NCBI RefSeq assembly: GCF_006345805.1 | Contig: NW_021826031.1 | Span: 62,001-126,000 of the forward strand | Origin: Octopus sinensis | Lineage: Eukaryota | Reading direction: 5' to 3' | Length of the DNA: 64,000 nt | Made by a program: the position numbers and the translations under genes | Shown here: positions 1 to 11,854 of the stretch, piece by piece | How the letters are laid out: every line of letters starts with the position of its first letter | Numbering within the stretch: position 1 is the stretch's first letter | The notes under the pieces: model-generated | What the model was told of the DNA's origin: nothing | Database searches by the model: none | What the model saw: the letters and a program-made list of their open reading frames with translations, nothing else

Positions 1-257
1 TCAATAAATTGATCATTGTTTTTATCAGCAAGTTTGATAATTTTGAGACAATCTTTCCTACTTATAGAATTACCAAACGTCTTCTTTAGCATTTGATAGA
101 GCTCGGCGGAGGATATCAATCCATTGCCGTCAGTGTCAATTTTATTAAAAGCCTTTTTCAGTCCTTAAAACTTGATTATCATTTAAATATACTCTTTAGT
201 CTTTCCAGGCCCACGTCCTTGACCTAACTACAATTAACTTTTAATTATTACATCCAT
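1..257 (-). CDS. Calmodulin-like EF-hand protein (3' end runs off window)
   Basis: Spliced: MD|VKDVGLERLKR|LKKAFNKIDTDGNGLISSAEL...LADKNNDQFI. Two EF loops; GT-AG introns of 28 and 29 nt. Confidence 0.8.
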
Positions 258-344
258 TTAAGCGCAAAGTGTACGTTCTTATATTTAGTCTATTAATTTG
301 ATAAATAAATTAAAAAACCAAATATTATTACAATAAACAAAAAA

Positions 345-2933
345 TCATTTATTAAACAAATCTTTAAAATAATCCTGGGTTTTGTTTCCTTCAGAGACGG
401 CAGAATCTGTTCTTTTTATGACTCGAGGAATAAAGTCCATCCGCGTTTTCTGTGTCGTTGAAAACTTTTTAGAGCTAGCCATTGGGACATCCTCTTTTGT
501 CCGCTTGGAAGGAGGATTGGAAAAGGCGGCGGCAATGACACAGTCTTCCACAGTCCGTCCATCCAACAAGGCGAGTCCTTCTCTTGCATATTTCTATTGT
601 AGTATAAAAAGCACACCTCGTCCTCAAAATCGACATAGGCCACTCGTTTGGACACTCCATTTTTACGTGTGACCAATCTTACTTGACGGACTCCACACAC
701 TATTCCACTCAATAACTCCTCGAGAGCGGGTCCGTTCATTGTATGTGGAATATTTCTTAAAAACAATTTGCATTTGTCCAAATCAGTGGAATACTGGGAG
801 TAAGAAGGAAACATGACCTGAAATGGTCTGGCCACTCCATTGGGGGACACATACATCGGACGCCCCTCCACACCCACGGGAGTACGGTCGAGGTTCAAGG
901 CCTCTTGGACACTCTCCATTCGATCAAACTCCACATATCCATATCCTCGGTGTCTGCCACCAACATCTCCCACAAGACGGACAGAACTGACTGTCCCAAC
1001 CCTCCTAAATATGGCACTTATTTCCTCTTCACGAATTGAATATGACAGATTCGATACAAACACTGTTCGTTCCTCTCCTTCATCGTGCTTCCTCTTCACG
1101 GAACAATCATTTTTCAGTTCAGTTGGCTTGTCCGGTTTTACTTTTTCGTTTGAAATTGATTTCATTCCACTTTTCTCAGGTGCTCGCTCAAAGTTAGATT
1201 TTTCAAAGTTTTTTCCAAATTTTTGACTTTTTCTTGGCTGATTCAAAGAAATGGCGCACTTGAAAGGGAAACTGACAGACTTTTCTGTTATTTTTTTCAT
1301 AGCCAGCCAATAAGTAGAATGGTCTCCTACATGTCAGGACACTTGCAAAAACCGTGGATCCTCTCAAAATGAATGTACATATCAGCCACAAGTTGGACAT
1401 GGTCCCTCACACACACAACCGCCCTCCTCAACACTTTCCTCTGTGAGGACAAATCTCCATATAAAGTCTCGATCATGTAATAATCATTCCAATAGCGAAA
1501 CTGTCTTCGCAGGTCAGTGGACACAACTCTGTCACACAGTTCTCTCGCATTCCCCAAATCAGAAGAGGCACATAAATTGGCAGTGAACATGGCTATTTCA
1601 GCCCAGGACACAACATCGGAGGGGTAGTCTGGGCATCACCGATCGAACCAACTTGTTTCGAAGTATTCAAGTGAATAGTCGCACATTTCATAAGCAGCAC
1701 TCACATTCTCCGGACAGTCGACAGCACGCATACGATAAAAGACAAGTGCGGCCATGCACAGTCGACAGTAGTCACGACTGCTGCCATATTCGACAGTAAA
1801 AGCAGAATTAAACAACTCTGTCTGATTTATAACAATCAACTACCAGTAAATTTGTTGACTAGACATTCGTCACTTGTGTTATGTCGAGAATAGTTGAGTA
1901 ACTGCAAGCGATAGACCCAGAAGGAAACATTCTCCGGACACTGAGAATTTGCTCGTTCCACCACCGAATAGACATCCTGCATATATTCCTCACGTGACTC
2001 ATATCTCCTAATCTGACGAGTTTAGTAGAAAGAATAACCAGCAACTGAATGTAGAGTGACCAATGCGTCTCACTTTGTGGAAACGTGTTTAGAAGACGTT
2101 CTAACAACGCCTGTCGACGCCTGAGGGCAGAACTGTGCGAATTGGCTTCCAAATACTCGTCAAAGACCACAAGAGTAGGCTCTGTCTAAGACATAAATTC
2201 ACTCCGAACTGACTGAAAGGTGCTCTTCAAAGGGGAGTAATTTTTTTAAAAGACGTCTCGAGTCGGCGACTTTATTCAGGGCACTGGACGGAGGAGACTC
2301 GACAATCCACTGGCAATATTCAATCCAGACATCCTCCAGTTCTAAGGAATGAACACGACTAAAAAACCTGCGGTAGGAACTCCAATCTCTCCCAAAAACA
2401 ACTCATTTAGTCTACTCCTGTCGCCCTATAAACGTCCTAGCTAGTGAGGGAACTAATTAAACAGTCCCAATCTCTATTTGGCGTGCCTTCTGCCACAAAC
2501 TGTGTGACCCCACCACATGATGTCCGCAGCTGCGTAGTGCACTGTCGATAACACGTTTTACTTCGTCGTGGGGCAGTTTAGTTGCCAGTATAAAATCAAC
2601 GTAAATATTCCAGATTTCTAGACCTATTAAAATATAGGAAAGTTTAATAAAACTATTTAATGAACGGGCTGCCGTGTTCAACAAAGGAAGGAGATAGTCA
2701 AGATCTGGTTGTGGTGTGTCCAGTTCATCGTTTATCCATTCCAGCCATGCTTCTAGGGTGATTAGATTAACGAGGTATTTACGGTCAGACAGAAGGTATT
2801 TGCAATAATATGCTTCCCGAATATGCCTTCGATCGAGTGTGTTACTTGCGTTTTTGAGACAAGTAAGAAAGTCGGAATATGTTCTGGGGTTGTCGTTAAC
2901 TTCACGTGCAATACAATCCACTTGTGCTTCCAT
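345..2933 (-). CDS. SART3: SART3/Prp24 U4/U6 recycling factor (HAT repeats + two RRMs)
   Basis: HAT-like helical repeats, RRMs (RTVFVSNL, RGYGYVEF), and C-terminal AFSNPP...FIPR...KTQDYFKDLF Lsm-interaction-like motif. Multiple micro-introns. Confidence 0.85.
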
Positions 2934-3329
2934 TTATAATCGAATACAACAACCAAACAAACAAACAAATGTATTTAATAATTTAACTAATAAAAAATAA
3001 TTAATTAATCAATGATTACCTCTGAATGGCCAGGTTTCTCAATGAGATTGCATCTGGTCTTCCAATTTGTTGATTAAGTTTAAAGAGGAACATTTTTGAA
3101 CACTAAAAGTCTCAAAGTAAAGACACCGACATTAGTTTGCCTACCTAAGTTGCATTATTTGAATAGTTTGATATTATTATTAGAACCAATTATTAAAACT
3201 TATATGCTGTTTTTTGAGTCCTCAACGAGTGAACCCACATATTTTGTCTTCTCAGGATTCCTCGAAGTATATTCATATATTGTCTTCCTAAATTTTATGA
3301 ACCATTCAGTTAAAAAACTTTTTTAATGT

Positions 3330-3870
3330 TTCATAATTCTTTAAATGATTTTGCAATAGTCTCATAAATTTCACGTTTCACATGCATACGTTGATCCAAA
3401 TACTGATGTATTTTCCGAGTTTGGATATTCCATTGTAAAATTCGACTCCAAAAATCAAGTAGCTCACTTGAAGTAAATATCGCGATAAGTTGTAAATCTG
3501 ACTGCATTTCAACTACCTCCAGTTAACTTCTTCATGAAAATGTGTTCCGAATGCGATAATAACGAAGCATATTTACCATATGATTCATTTTCCCTGTGGT
3601 TAGAGAGTATTGGAAAATGAATACAGCTGACAATTTTTATTTCCCAAAGATGTGTAGACTTGGCGCTATAAAATATAAACGATTGAAGAAATAGAGAGAA
3701 AGTGTTTCGTGTATTTTTTAGATATTCTCGGAGTATACAGTTCAAGATTTCTTTGTGAAATAGCATCCTATTCAATGATTGCCACTGGGTTACTGGTAGC
3801 ACTAATAAAATAGTTGCCTCAATAAAATTAGAATATCAACTCCCTGAAATACGCCAACGTCTAAGTTAAT
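3330..3870 (-). mobile_element. Degenerate hAT (Buster/SPIN-like) transposase C-terminal remnant
   Basis: Fragments LEVVEMQSDLQL..ELLDFWS..EYPN..FGSTYACE resemble the hAT dimerisation domain; interrupted by stops and frameshifts. Confidence 0.6.
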
Positions 3871-3957
3871 TGACTGTAATAGCTGTAAAGTATCCTACCG
3901 ACAAAAAAGTTAAATTGCTACTATTTTCTATGCCTGTTACAATTAGAAAAGTATTAA

Positions 3958-4557
3958 TTATGCAAAATGTGAGTTATTTTTCTTAAAATATTCGATAAAC
4001 CAACTGACATGCTCCTTCTTCTCCTGCAACGTCAAGTGAGGATTGTGGGAAAGAGCAAGACAGAGAAGAGATATAAAATTGTCGACTTCCTTCTTATCAG
4101 TCGAATCCTTAAATTGTCTTTTGAGGAAGATGTGGTCCTTAAAGTCGACTGTCTTCTCTCCACGATCATAATCCTCGTTGTCAATTGGGAAGACTGGCAA
4201 TTTTCCCTCGTGAATTTGACACATTAAGTTGTCCCAGTTGTTGAAGGGGACCTTTATGTGAGTTCTATTCACGTATTCGTGGTATAATTTGTCCCAATAC
4301 TCCACGAGGTTGTCGTCTTTGTGGGGTTATTGACTATTCTTACTGTTCTCAAAAGCAGCATTTTTGTACTTGTGGAGAGCACTCAATTCGTAGTTGGTTG
4401 TTTGGTTTTTTACATTTTGCGCAAATATGTCTTTGTCTGAATTCCGTTTTCTTAAATTTGTGTCTTTTTTATGTTTTATTAGTTTTGATGCCGATCGGAT
4501 TTGAGAATGAATAGTAATAGCCAGGGATGAGGCACGAGGAAAATTAAATCCTAACAT
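3958..4557 (-). CDS. MRPS31: Mitochondrial ribosomal protein mS31
   Basis: EGKLPVFPIDNE...FKDHIFL...LSHNPHLTLQEKKEHVSWFIEYF matches the MRPS31 C-terminal domain; one 27-nt intron. Confidence 0.85.
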
Positions 4558-4627
4558 CGAATTTATATATTTAAAAATAGTAATAAAATATTATAACTTT
4601 TTAAATAAAAGATAACTTAATTTCAAT

Positions 4628-4783
4628 ATGTCATGGATGCCCCCGGCCATGGAGGACCATTCTGTATTAAATACTCAGCGGTCTACAAAGGACGATTGCC
4701 TTAATGAGGACTTCAAAAACTCTGAGAAACATCTTAAAGACAAAGAGGATCTTGACTTCGTCTTGAGACGACGATATCTTTAG
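4628..4783 (+). CDS. Putative 42-51 aa microprotein
   Basis: MSWMPPAMEDHS(VLNTQRSTK)DDCLNEDFKNSEKHLKDKEDLDFVLRRRYL*. GC-richer island with an in-frame 27-nt GT-AG intron candidate; head-to-head with MRPS31. Confidence 0.35.
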   Translation: MSWMPPAMEDHSVLNTQRSTKDDCLNEDFKNSEKHLKDKEDLDFVLRRRYL

Positions 4784-4917
4784 GGGACAAATATTTTTGA
4801 TTACTTTGTTAAAAAACTTAAAAAAATTTTTTATTCTTCTATTTTCCAACTTTTTGAAATCCCCAAATAAACTAGCAAATTTATTACAAATTCAAGTGCT
4901 GGTTGTACAAGTTTTCA

Positions 4918-5812
4918 ATGTCTTCGGATTTATACAAACAGCACTTAAAATTTCTTGAAAAGGCAAAATCCTTTTCTAACGATGTTCCCCCTCCCCAGGT
5001 GAATAAAGAAGCCCGAAATAGTTTATTTAATTAACTAATTGGACAAGAACGCTTTTCATTTGCAACAGCAAAGCCAAAAATAAGCCAAAAACAGCGTTTT
5101 TCAACATTAGCCCGAATTGTCATGTATTTAAAAGTAATAATCAAATTAAAAAAATGAAGGAACGATACAAAGAGGGGCACCGAGATGACTTTACTCTCGA
5201 TGAGATCCTCGAAAGGCTCGAATGTGATTTGGAAGAACGAGACCGCGACTGGCTACTCCACGAGGCCCTTCCTGCCAACGCCAAAGTCGAGATCGGAGAA
5301 TACAACCAAATCAGCTACGTTCCGTCTTACAACATAAACAAGGCCACGGACTTGTTCAAACAAATCAAACAGCACGCAGAAATGGGATTGGAAGGGATAT
5401 TGCTCTCAGAACTGAGGGAGTCAATGAAGGACCCCGATCGCGTGATTGAGGTAGATTTGGTGTGTATATGCAGAATATGACTGAAGTGATCATTCAGATC
5501 CCCCGTCCTGACAAAGATGTCTCCTTATTTTACCGAGGAAGCAAAAAGTTTCGAGTTACGGTGTCTGAGGGTATTGTGGGGGGTCGGAATGTTAGAGATA
5601 ATGCAGTTGTGGAATACTGTGAGCGTCGAGGGATGCGACGAAATGGCCATTGAGTCACATTTGCAGAAAGAGGGGATTCACTGTCGGCAGGATACGATCG
5701 CAATGAAATCTGTTGATTATCAGTTGTCAACTCGCAGGCAATCCCGGCCAAAAAGGATGCTAAGCAGAGCAAAAGACGGAGTACCAAACAGACGAATACT
5801 CATGTCGATTAA
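4918..5812 (+). CDS. GTF2E2: Transcription initiation factor IIE subunit beta (complete copy)
   Basis: MSSDLYKQHLKFLEKAK...RFSTLARIVMYLKERY...WLLHEALPANAKV...GILLSELRES...LWNTVSVE...TKQTNTHVD*; 23-27 nt introns. Confidence 0.85.
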
Positions 5813-6078
5813 ATTTCGATTTTATGAAATTCTATGAAATACTTTTTATAAGCCTTTTACCACCATCAAAGTAGACTGCATTACTTTTCTGTTGTTTTTA
5901 GGTTTTCTGATATTTCGTCCCATGCTTCATTTAAGTTTACTGTAAGTATTGAAATCCTTACAGTAGGAGATCCTAAAATAGGCGCAGTCCTACTTAAAAC
6001 GGACTTAGGTGAGCATCATCGAACGTTTAATACCAAAATATTATTATTTAAAAAAGTTAAATTTTCATATATTGTTTA

Positions 6079-6762
6079 TTAAAATTTGTTTTTCATTAAA
6101 TAGTTTCTGTAGGCTTTTTGCTCAGTAAGATATCCTCTTGGATCACAGTAGTGGGGATATTGTTTGTAGAAATTACAATATCCTCCGTCTATAATTGCCA
6201 AATTGGGATATAATAAAGATTTTCCTTCCCGAATCCCTTTTGTGTTAAATTTTTGAATGATTGAAATAATTTGTTTGCATCTTTTCGATGAAAATTCACA
6301 ATAAAAAATAAAAATAGAATTGCTTCCAGCTAATGTGAATTTCTTTCTTGCTGCACGTTCTGACATTAAACTTGCACCAACAACGTGCCCCATTTCATAC
6401 TCCTCTTCTGAGCGACAATCGAAGATGCTGTAGTTAAGAAATACATCTCCAAAATCATTTCTGATAATTTTAGACACGTATTTAGGGGTAATGAGAGGCA
6501 CTGACAAATAAGGCTCAATTTCAAATTCGATTTTGTAAAGATTCATTTTTCTTATTAAAAGAGATTGAAATTCGGGAAAGTAATCGTAAAAATTTTGTTC
6601 AAGATTAGAAGTTGGTTCTTGATTTATAATTTGTTCAGGAACATTGGCATCTATGAGAGACAAGTTTACATTATTTTCTTTTATTTTTATTTCAGTTGTC
6701 AATTCAAGATTTTCTTTTTCAATAATTTGAGAACTATCATTTTTATCAAAATAGGAATTCAT
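6079..6762 (-). CDS. CDC25: Cdc25/MIH1-type rhodanese-fold phosphatase, copy 1 (intronless)
   Basis: IFDCRSEEEYEMGHVVGA, catalytic loop FYCEFSSKR (CX5R), YPNLAIIDGGY, CDPRGY. Confidence 0.85.
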   Translation of the reverse strand: MNSYFDKNDSSQIIEKENLELTTEIKIKENNVNLSLIDANVPEQIINQEPTSNLEQNFYDYFPEFQSLLIRKMNLYKIEFEIEPYLSVPLITPKYVSKIIRNDFGDVFLNYSIFDCRSEEEYEMGHVVGASLMSERAARKKFTLAGSNSIFIFYCEFSSKRCKQIISIIQKFNTKGIREGKSLLYPNLAIIDGGYCNFYKQYPHYCDPRGYLTEQKAYRNYLMKNKF

Positions 6763-6788
6763 TACCGTAAAAAATTAAAAAAATAAAG

Positions 6789-7441
6789 GAACGATACAAA
6801 GAGGGACACCGAGATGACTTTACTCTCGATGAGATCCTCGAAAGGCTCGAATGTGATTTGGAAGAACGAGACCGCGACTGGCTACTCCACGAGGCCCTTC
6901 CTGCCAACGCCAAAGTCGAGATCGGAGAATACAACCAAATCAGCTACGTTCCGTCTTACAACATAAACAAGGCCACGGACTTGTTCAAACAAATCAAACA
7001 GCACGCAGAAATGGGATTGGAAGGGATATTGCTCTCAGAACTGAGGGAGTCAATGAAGGACCCCGATCGCGTGATTGAGGTAGATTTGGTGTGTATATGC
7101 AGAATATGACTGAAGTGATCATTCAGATCCCCCGTCCTGACAAAGATGTCTCCTTATTTTACCGAGGAAGCAAAAAGTTTCGAGTTACGGTGTCTGAGGG
7201 TATTGTGGGGGGTCGGAATGTTAGAGATAATGCAGTTGTGGAATACTGTGAGCGTCGAGGGATGCGACGAAATGGCCATTGAGTCACATTTGCAGAAAGA
7301 GGGGATTCACTGTCGGCAGGATACGATCGCAATGAAATCTGTTGATTATCAGTTGTCAACTCGCAGGCAATCCCGGCCAAAAAGGATGCTAAGCAGAGCA
7401 AAAGACGGAGTACCAAACAGACGAATACTCATGTCGATTAA
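6789..7441 (+). pseudogene. GTF2E2: 5'-truncated duplicate of GTF2E2
   Basis: Begins at the ERYKEGH exon; lacks the upstream exons, start codon and promoter. Confidence 0.8.
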
Positions 7442-7707
7442 ATTTCGATTTTATGAAATTCTATGAAATACTTTTTATAAGCCTTTTACCACCATCAAAG
7501 TAGACTGCATTACTTTTCTGTTGTTTTTAGGTTTTCTGATATTTCGTCCCATGCTTCATTTAAGTTTACTGTAAGTATTGAAATCCTTACAGTAGGAGAT
7601 CCTAAAATAGGCGCAGTCCTACTTAAAACGGACTTAGGTGAGCATCATCGAACGTTTAATACCAAAATATTATTATTTAAAAAAGTTAAATTTTCATATA
7701 TTGTTTA

Positions 7708-8391
7708 TTAAAATTTGTTTTTCATTAAATAGTTTCTGTAGGCTTCTTGCTCAGTAAGATATCCTCTTGGATCACAGTAGTGGGGATATTGTTTGTAGAA
7801 ATTACAATATCCTCCGTCTATAATTGCCAAATTGGGATATAATAAAGATTTTCCTTCCCGAATCCCTTTTGTGTTAAATTTTTGAATGATTGAAATAATT
7901 TGTTTGCATCTTTTCGATGAAAATTCACAATAAAAAATAAAAATAGAATTGCTTCCAGCTAATGTGAATTTCTTTCTTGCTGCACGTTCTGACATTAAAC
8001 TTGCACCAACAACGTGCCCCATTTCATACTCCTCTTCTGAGCGACAATCGAAGATGCTGTAGTTAAGAAATACATCTCCAAAATCATTTCTGATAATTTT
8101 AGACACGTATTTAGGGGTAATGAGAGGCACTGACAAATAAGGCTCAATTTCAAATTCGATTTTGTAAAGATTCATTTTTCTTATTAAAAGAGATTGAAAT
8201 TCGGGAAAGTAATCGTAAAAATTTTGTTCAAGATTAGAAGTTGGTTCTTGATTTATAATTTGTTCAGGAACATTGGCATCTATGAGAGACAAGTTTACAT
8301 TATTTTCTTTTATTTTTATTTCAGTTGTCAATTCAAGATTTTCTTTTTCAATAATTTGAGAACTATCATTTTTATCAAAATAGGAATTCAT
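7708..8391 (-). CDS. CDC25: Cdc25-type phosphatase, copy 2 (retains native upstream region)
   Basis: Identical to copy 1 except a K/E difference near the C-terminus. Confidence 0.85.
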   Translation of the reverse strand: MNSYFDKNDSSQIIEKENLELTTEIKIKENNVNLSLIDANVPEQIINQEPTSNLEQNFYDYFPEFQSLLIRKMNLYKIEFEIEPYLSVPLITPKYVSKIIRNDFGDVFLNYSIFDCRSEEEYEMGHVVGASLMSERAARKKFTLAGSNSIFIFYCEFSSKRCKQIISIIQKFNTKGIREGKSLLYPNLAIIDGGYCNFYKQYPHYCDPRGYLTEQEAYRNYLMKNKF

Positions 8392-8592
8392 TACCGTAAA
8401 AAATTAAAAAAATATATTTAACATTGAGTTTTAATAAAAATTCTTAATTTAGAAATTTTTTCCTTTCGTAATTTCCAGGCATACTTCCGAGCTGGTCTTT
8501 CTGTCATCTTGTTTTTCAGCTGACTCAATATTATTTGCCATTTTATTCTTCATATTTTCGAGCATTTAGATTCTATAAGTATAAAATGAAAA

Positions 8593-8750
8593 CCGCTTCC
8601 TTCGCTCCCTTGGTCGACGGATATCAAGAAAAAGACACGATTTCAGAGAGCTATCCTGGCTCTTTAAACGTCTGTCGATCGCCGTGATCCGTGGAAATGG
8701 CTTTGCTGTGTGCGAGGCTGGCCGAGCGTCTCGTGAAACCATTAGCTAAT
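8593..8750 (+). mobile_element. 3' end of a CRE-like (restriction-like endonuclease) non-LTR retrotransposon
   Basis: RFLRSLGRRI..SWLFKRLSIAVIRGNG; homologous to 49734-49930. Confidence 0.7.
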
Positions 8751-8919
8751 TCATAAATCTCTTGTTCGCATAGTATTACTGGCGCATACTAAAACAGTAA
8801 AACTATTGTTCAGGTCAAAGAAATTCAAAAATGTTTTAATTAGCTCACCTTATTTAAGATTTATTACGTTTTCTTGGGGAGTGGTGACGTACTTCGTTTT
8901 TTTCTGATACGGATAATCT

Positions 8920-9200
8920 CAATCTAGACTCGTTCCATCGAGACCAACTTCGCCCTACTCTAACCTCCAAATAGCATTCGAGGCTCACCCAAGCAAACCA
9001 ATTTTTCTCGAAATTACACCATGCAAGTGGAGGCTATTCCGATACATTTTAAGGATGAATTTTGAGGCACAGCAAACACGCTATAAATGACTATTTTATA
9101 ACTGACCTCCCGGTTACACTGGACAGAGACTTTCAAACTTTGTGCAAAAACTTAAAGGATGGAGACGATTTTACGGGATGTCGTCCAAGACAAAAAGAAA
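8920..9200 (+). mobile_element. Diverged RTE-like LINE 3' fragment
   Basis: LDSFHRDQLR..KWRLFRYILRM..LPVTLDRDF..LKDGDDF aligns with the ORF at 58124-58690. Confidence 0.65.
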
Positions 9201-10226
9201 TGTACCAAACTGATTATTCTTATTGTTTTCTGTGCTGCACAAGCTTTTTCATGATCCATGAAACCACGAAAGTCTATAATAATATCTGGTTGCAAAATTT
9301 TCAAAGCTTCCTATCGTTTAAGAGTTACTGGAGTTTTGTATTATTAGCCTCAGGTCTTTCTGCTTTTCAGAGAGTAGGCATATCTCGTTATCGTGAGTCT
9401 GTGTTGTTTTGAGTGGATCCAACGACATTTAGAGCTGTCCACTTTATTGACCAGATCACTGCATCCTAAATCGTATTTGCGGGGATCGTCGTGTCAATAT
9501 CGTTGAGTGCTTTTTGTAGTCTATTTACGTACCTCTGTTTGATTGTTTGTCATTGAATATATCAAGTACTTGTTGTCATCCGTAAGTTGTTTCAGCTGAT
9601 TGTATAGCTAAGCACGTAAAAATAAATTGGGAGGGATACGTCAAACAAAAGAGAAACATAATTTATCAAATAAATAAACGAACTAAGTGATATCTCTAAT
9701 TACTTTACTGAGTGCAAATAATCGCACAAAATAGGCAAATAAAAGTCGAATAAAAACAATATCTTTTTAAAAATCACTTAGTTACAAGGCGCACAAAAGT
9801 TCCGGAAAGATTGAGTATAATAAAATGTACCCAATTGCATATCAGAGAGTTAGAACAACGGTCAAATTAGATTGCGATATTTGAGGAATATAATGGTTGT
9901 ATATCCTTTCAAATAACAGAGCTTTGTACCACGATTGATGAATCATTACACAAGGATCACCGAAGAAGAAACTCAGAAAATTAAGTTAATCATTGTTTAT
10001 TCCTTTACTGTTACTAGAAGTGTAGAGTTACTTTTAATAAGTTATCGTAGGCTACACAATTCTACGACGATCGAATCATACATGACTTTAGAAATTAGAA
10101 AAGCCCAAGTTATTCTACAAATAGAGATACGAATAAATCGGGTCCTTTATGCGTAAACACAAGGTTTTCAACAAAAAAAAACAATTTAAAAAATAAATAA
10201 AATTAATTGAGGTTATGTAATTTCAA

Positions 10227-10305
10227 AATAATTTCAATTTCTGATTACAATAATTTCAATTTCTGATTAAAATAATTTCAATTTCTGATTAATATAATTT
10301 CAATT
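10227..10305. repeat. 22-bp tandem repeat (about 3.6 copies) directly upstream of the Misato ATG
   Basis: AATAATTTCAATTTCTGATTA(C/A) starts at 10227, 10249 and 10271, plus a partial copy. Confidence 0.85.
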
Positions 10306-10310
10306 AAAAA

Positions 10311-11854
10311 ATGTCTCGTGAAATAGTTTCGATAGGATGTGGGAATTACAGCAATCAAATCTTTTCATATATATGGAAAATACAAGTTTACCTTATTTCT
10401 CATAAAAAGCAATCATCTCATTCCAATGCTGAGGACATTGACCCTTCTTGTACGTGGCGACGCTCCAAGGACCAATTACTGCCACGATTTGTGTCAATCG
10501 ACGATTTAAATACAAAAAATGAGATTCAAAATTTTTGCTTTTCCGAAATCGAACCTCCCGACTGTCTGTGGTATGTCACCGATTATCAACCTTAGGCCAA
10601 AAAATAAAATCGTAGGACTTGTTCCTCCTTCAAAAAACTCAGAAATAAATTGTTTGGAACAAGAAATGTACTCAAGAAAAATTTTTCTTAACGAAAATGC
10701 AAAAGAATTAGCCCTGGACAAAATTAGACTCAATTTAGAAGACTGTGACTACTTTCAGGTAGACTGGTGGTGTTTGGAGATCAGGGTTTCTGTGCAGTTG
10801 GAGATTTGAGTCCGACGAGTACTTGGGCAGTGGAAGAGCTAATGGATAACCACGGAAAAGTGTCCTGTTTAATGTATACTCCTCTCCTCCAGGCACAAAT
10901 TAAGATTAAATTAATTTAGGAACACAAGTGGACTGTACTAAGTCAGTTTCTCTCCCTTGGTTCACTCGAGTCGTATTCCCGCCTTTCCATCATCCCCTTG
11001 TCCCTTGAATCAGATATTTGGGGGAAGGACTCCAGACCAGTCAGTTTTCCATGGATTAAAGTGATTTTATGGGTCTCCACCCTCCCAGGCTGACTTGGAG
11101 AGGTCAGCCATTCTTGCTTGTGCCATCGACACGAGCACTTCTTGTCTTCGGATTGTTAAACCTTCGACTTCTCTATCAGAACTAACACAACAAATGACTG
11201 CTAATGGACGATTGGTCTTCTTGTTGGCATATTTCAGGTAGGAAGTTTGGGGATTTGTCTTCCTTTTCCAATGAGGAGAGGACTCTCGTTATATGACTCC
11301 CTTTTGGATTGCGGGAACTCTCTAACAACGTCTCTTCTCCCATTCAACTGTCTGACCGACGAAGATGACTCTGTTTTCTTCCACCAGTCGATTCTAAGGG
11401 GGGTCCCTCAAGGAAGATTATTCAAGTTAATATTTTCTCCAGATTTTAGGAAAGCATGTGTCCCTTCGATTTCGAGTTACAAGGATCTCATGGAGCTGGC
11501 CTGTAGGGAAGTGACATGTGCCAATCGATGGTAACCGTGTTTTGTCCAAAAACGTATAGTACTGTTGAAATAGTGAAGGATAAACTGAAAACTAGTTGTT
11601 TGCCTCATTTTTTTGATGAACGAGTTGGAATCGATGGAGAGATTGAGGAGTCTTGTCAGACATTAGGTGTATCTGAGTGTGCTGTTCTGACCTCCATGGA
11701 GTGTAGTACATGTCCCAGATATATGCTTGAGGCATTACGTGAGACACTTCGTACTATAGACACTCGGAAGATATCTCAGTTTGTCGAGATGGAACTTGAG
11801 GAATATGAGGAATCGGCGGAATCATTAAATCGGCTTATTCAAAACTATTATTGA
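10311..11854 (+). CDS. MSTO1: Misato/DML1 tubulin-like protein
   Basis: MSREIVSIGCGNYSNQI..W, RLNLEDCDYFQ|GF, SAILACAIDT, C-terminal LEEYEESAESLNRLIQNY; includes a GC-AG intron at 10893-10919. Confidence 0.85.

Larger units (their letters stand above)
5143..8413. repeat. 1629-bp direct tandem duplication (3' part of GTF2E2 + whole Cdc25 ORF)
   Basis: ORFs recur at exactly +1629. The 13-bp AAATTAAAAAAAT occurs at 5143, 6772 and 8401. Substitutions seen at 5177/6806 and 6117/7746. Confidence 0.95.

Noticed and set aside
2420-2462. TAG read-through or stop-codon reassignment in SART3
   Set aside because: A 37-nt GT-AG intron removes it, and TAG terminates CCDC86, CNNM and the giant gene.
5870-6030. 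Small spliced minus-strand exon pair (..NLNEAWDEISENLKTTEK*) downstream of Cdc25
   Set aside because: No start codon or linking exon found.
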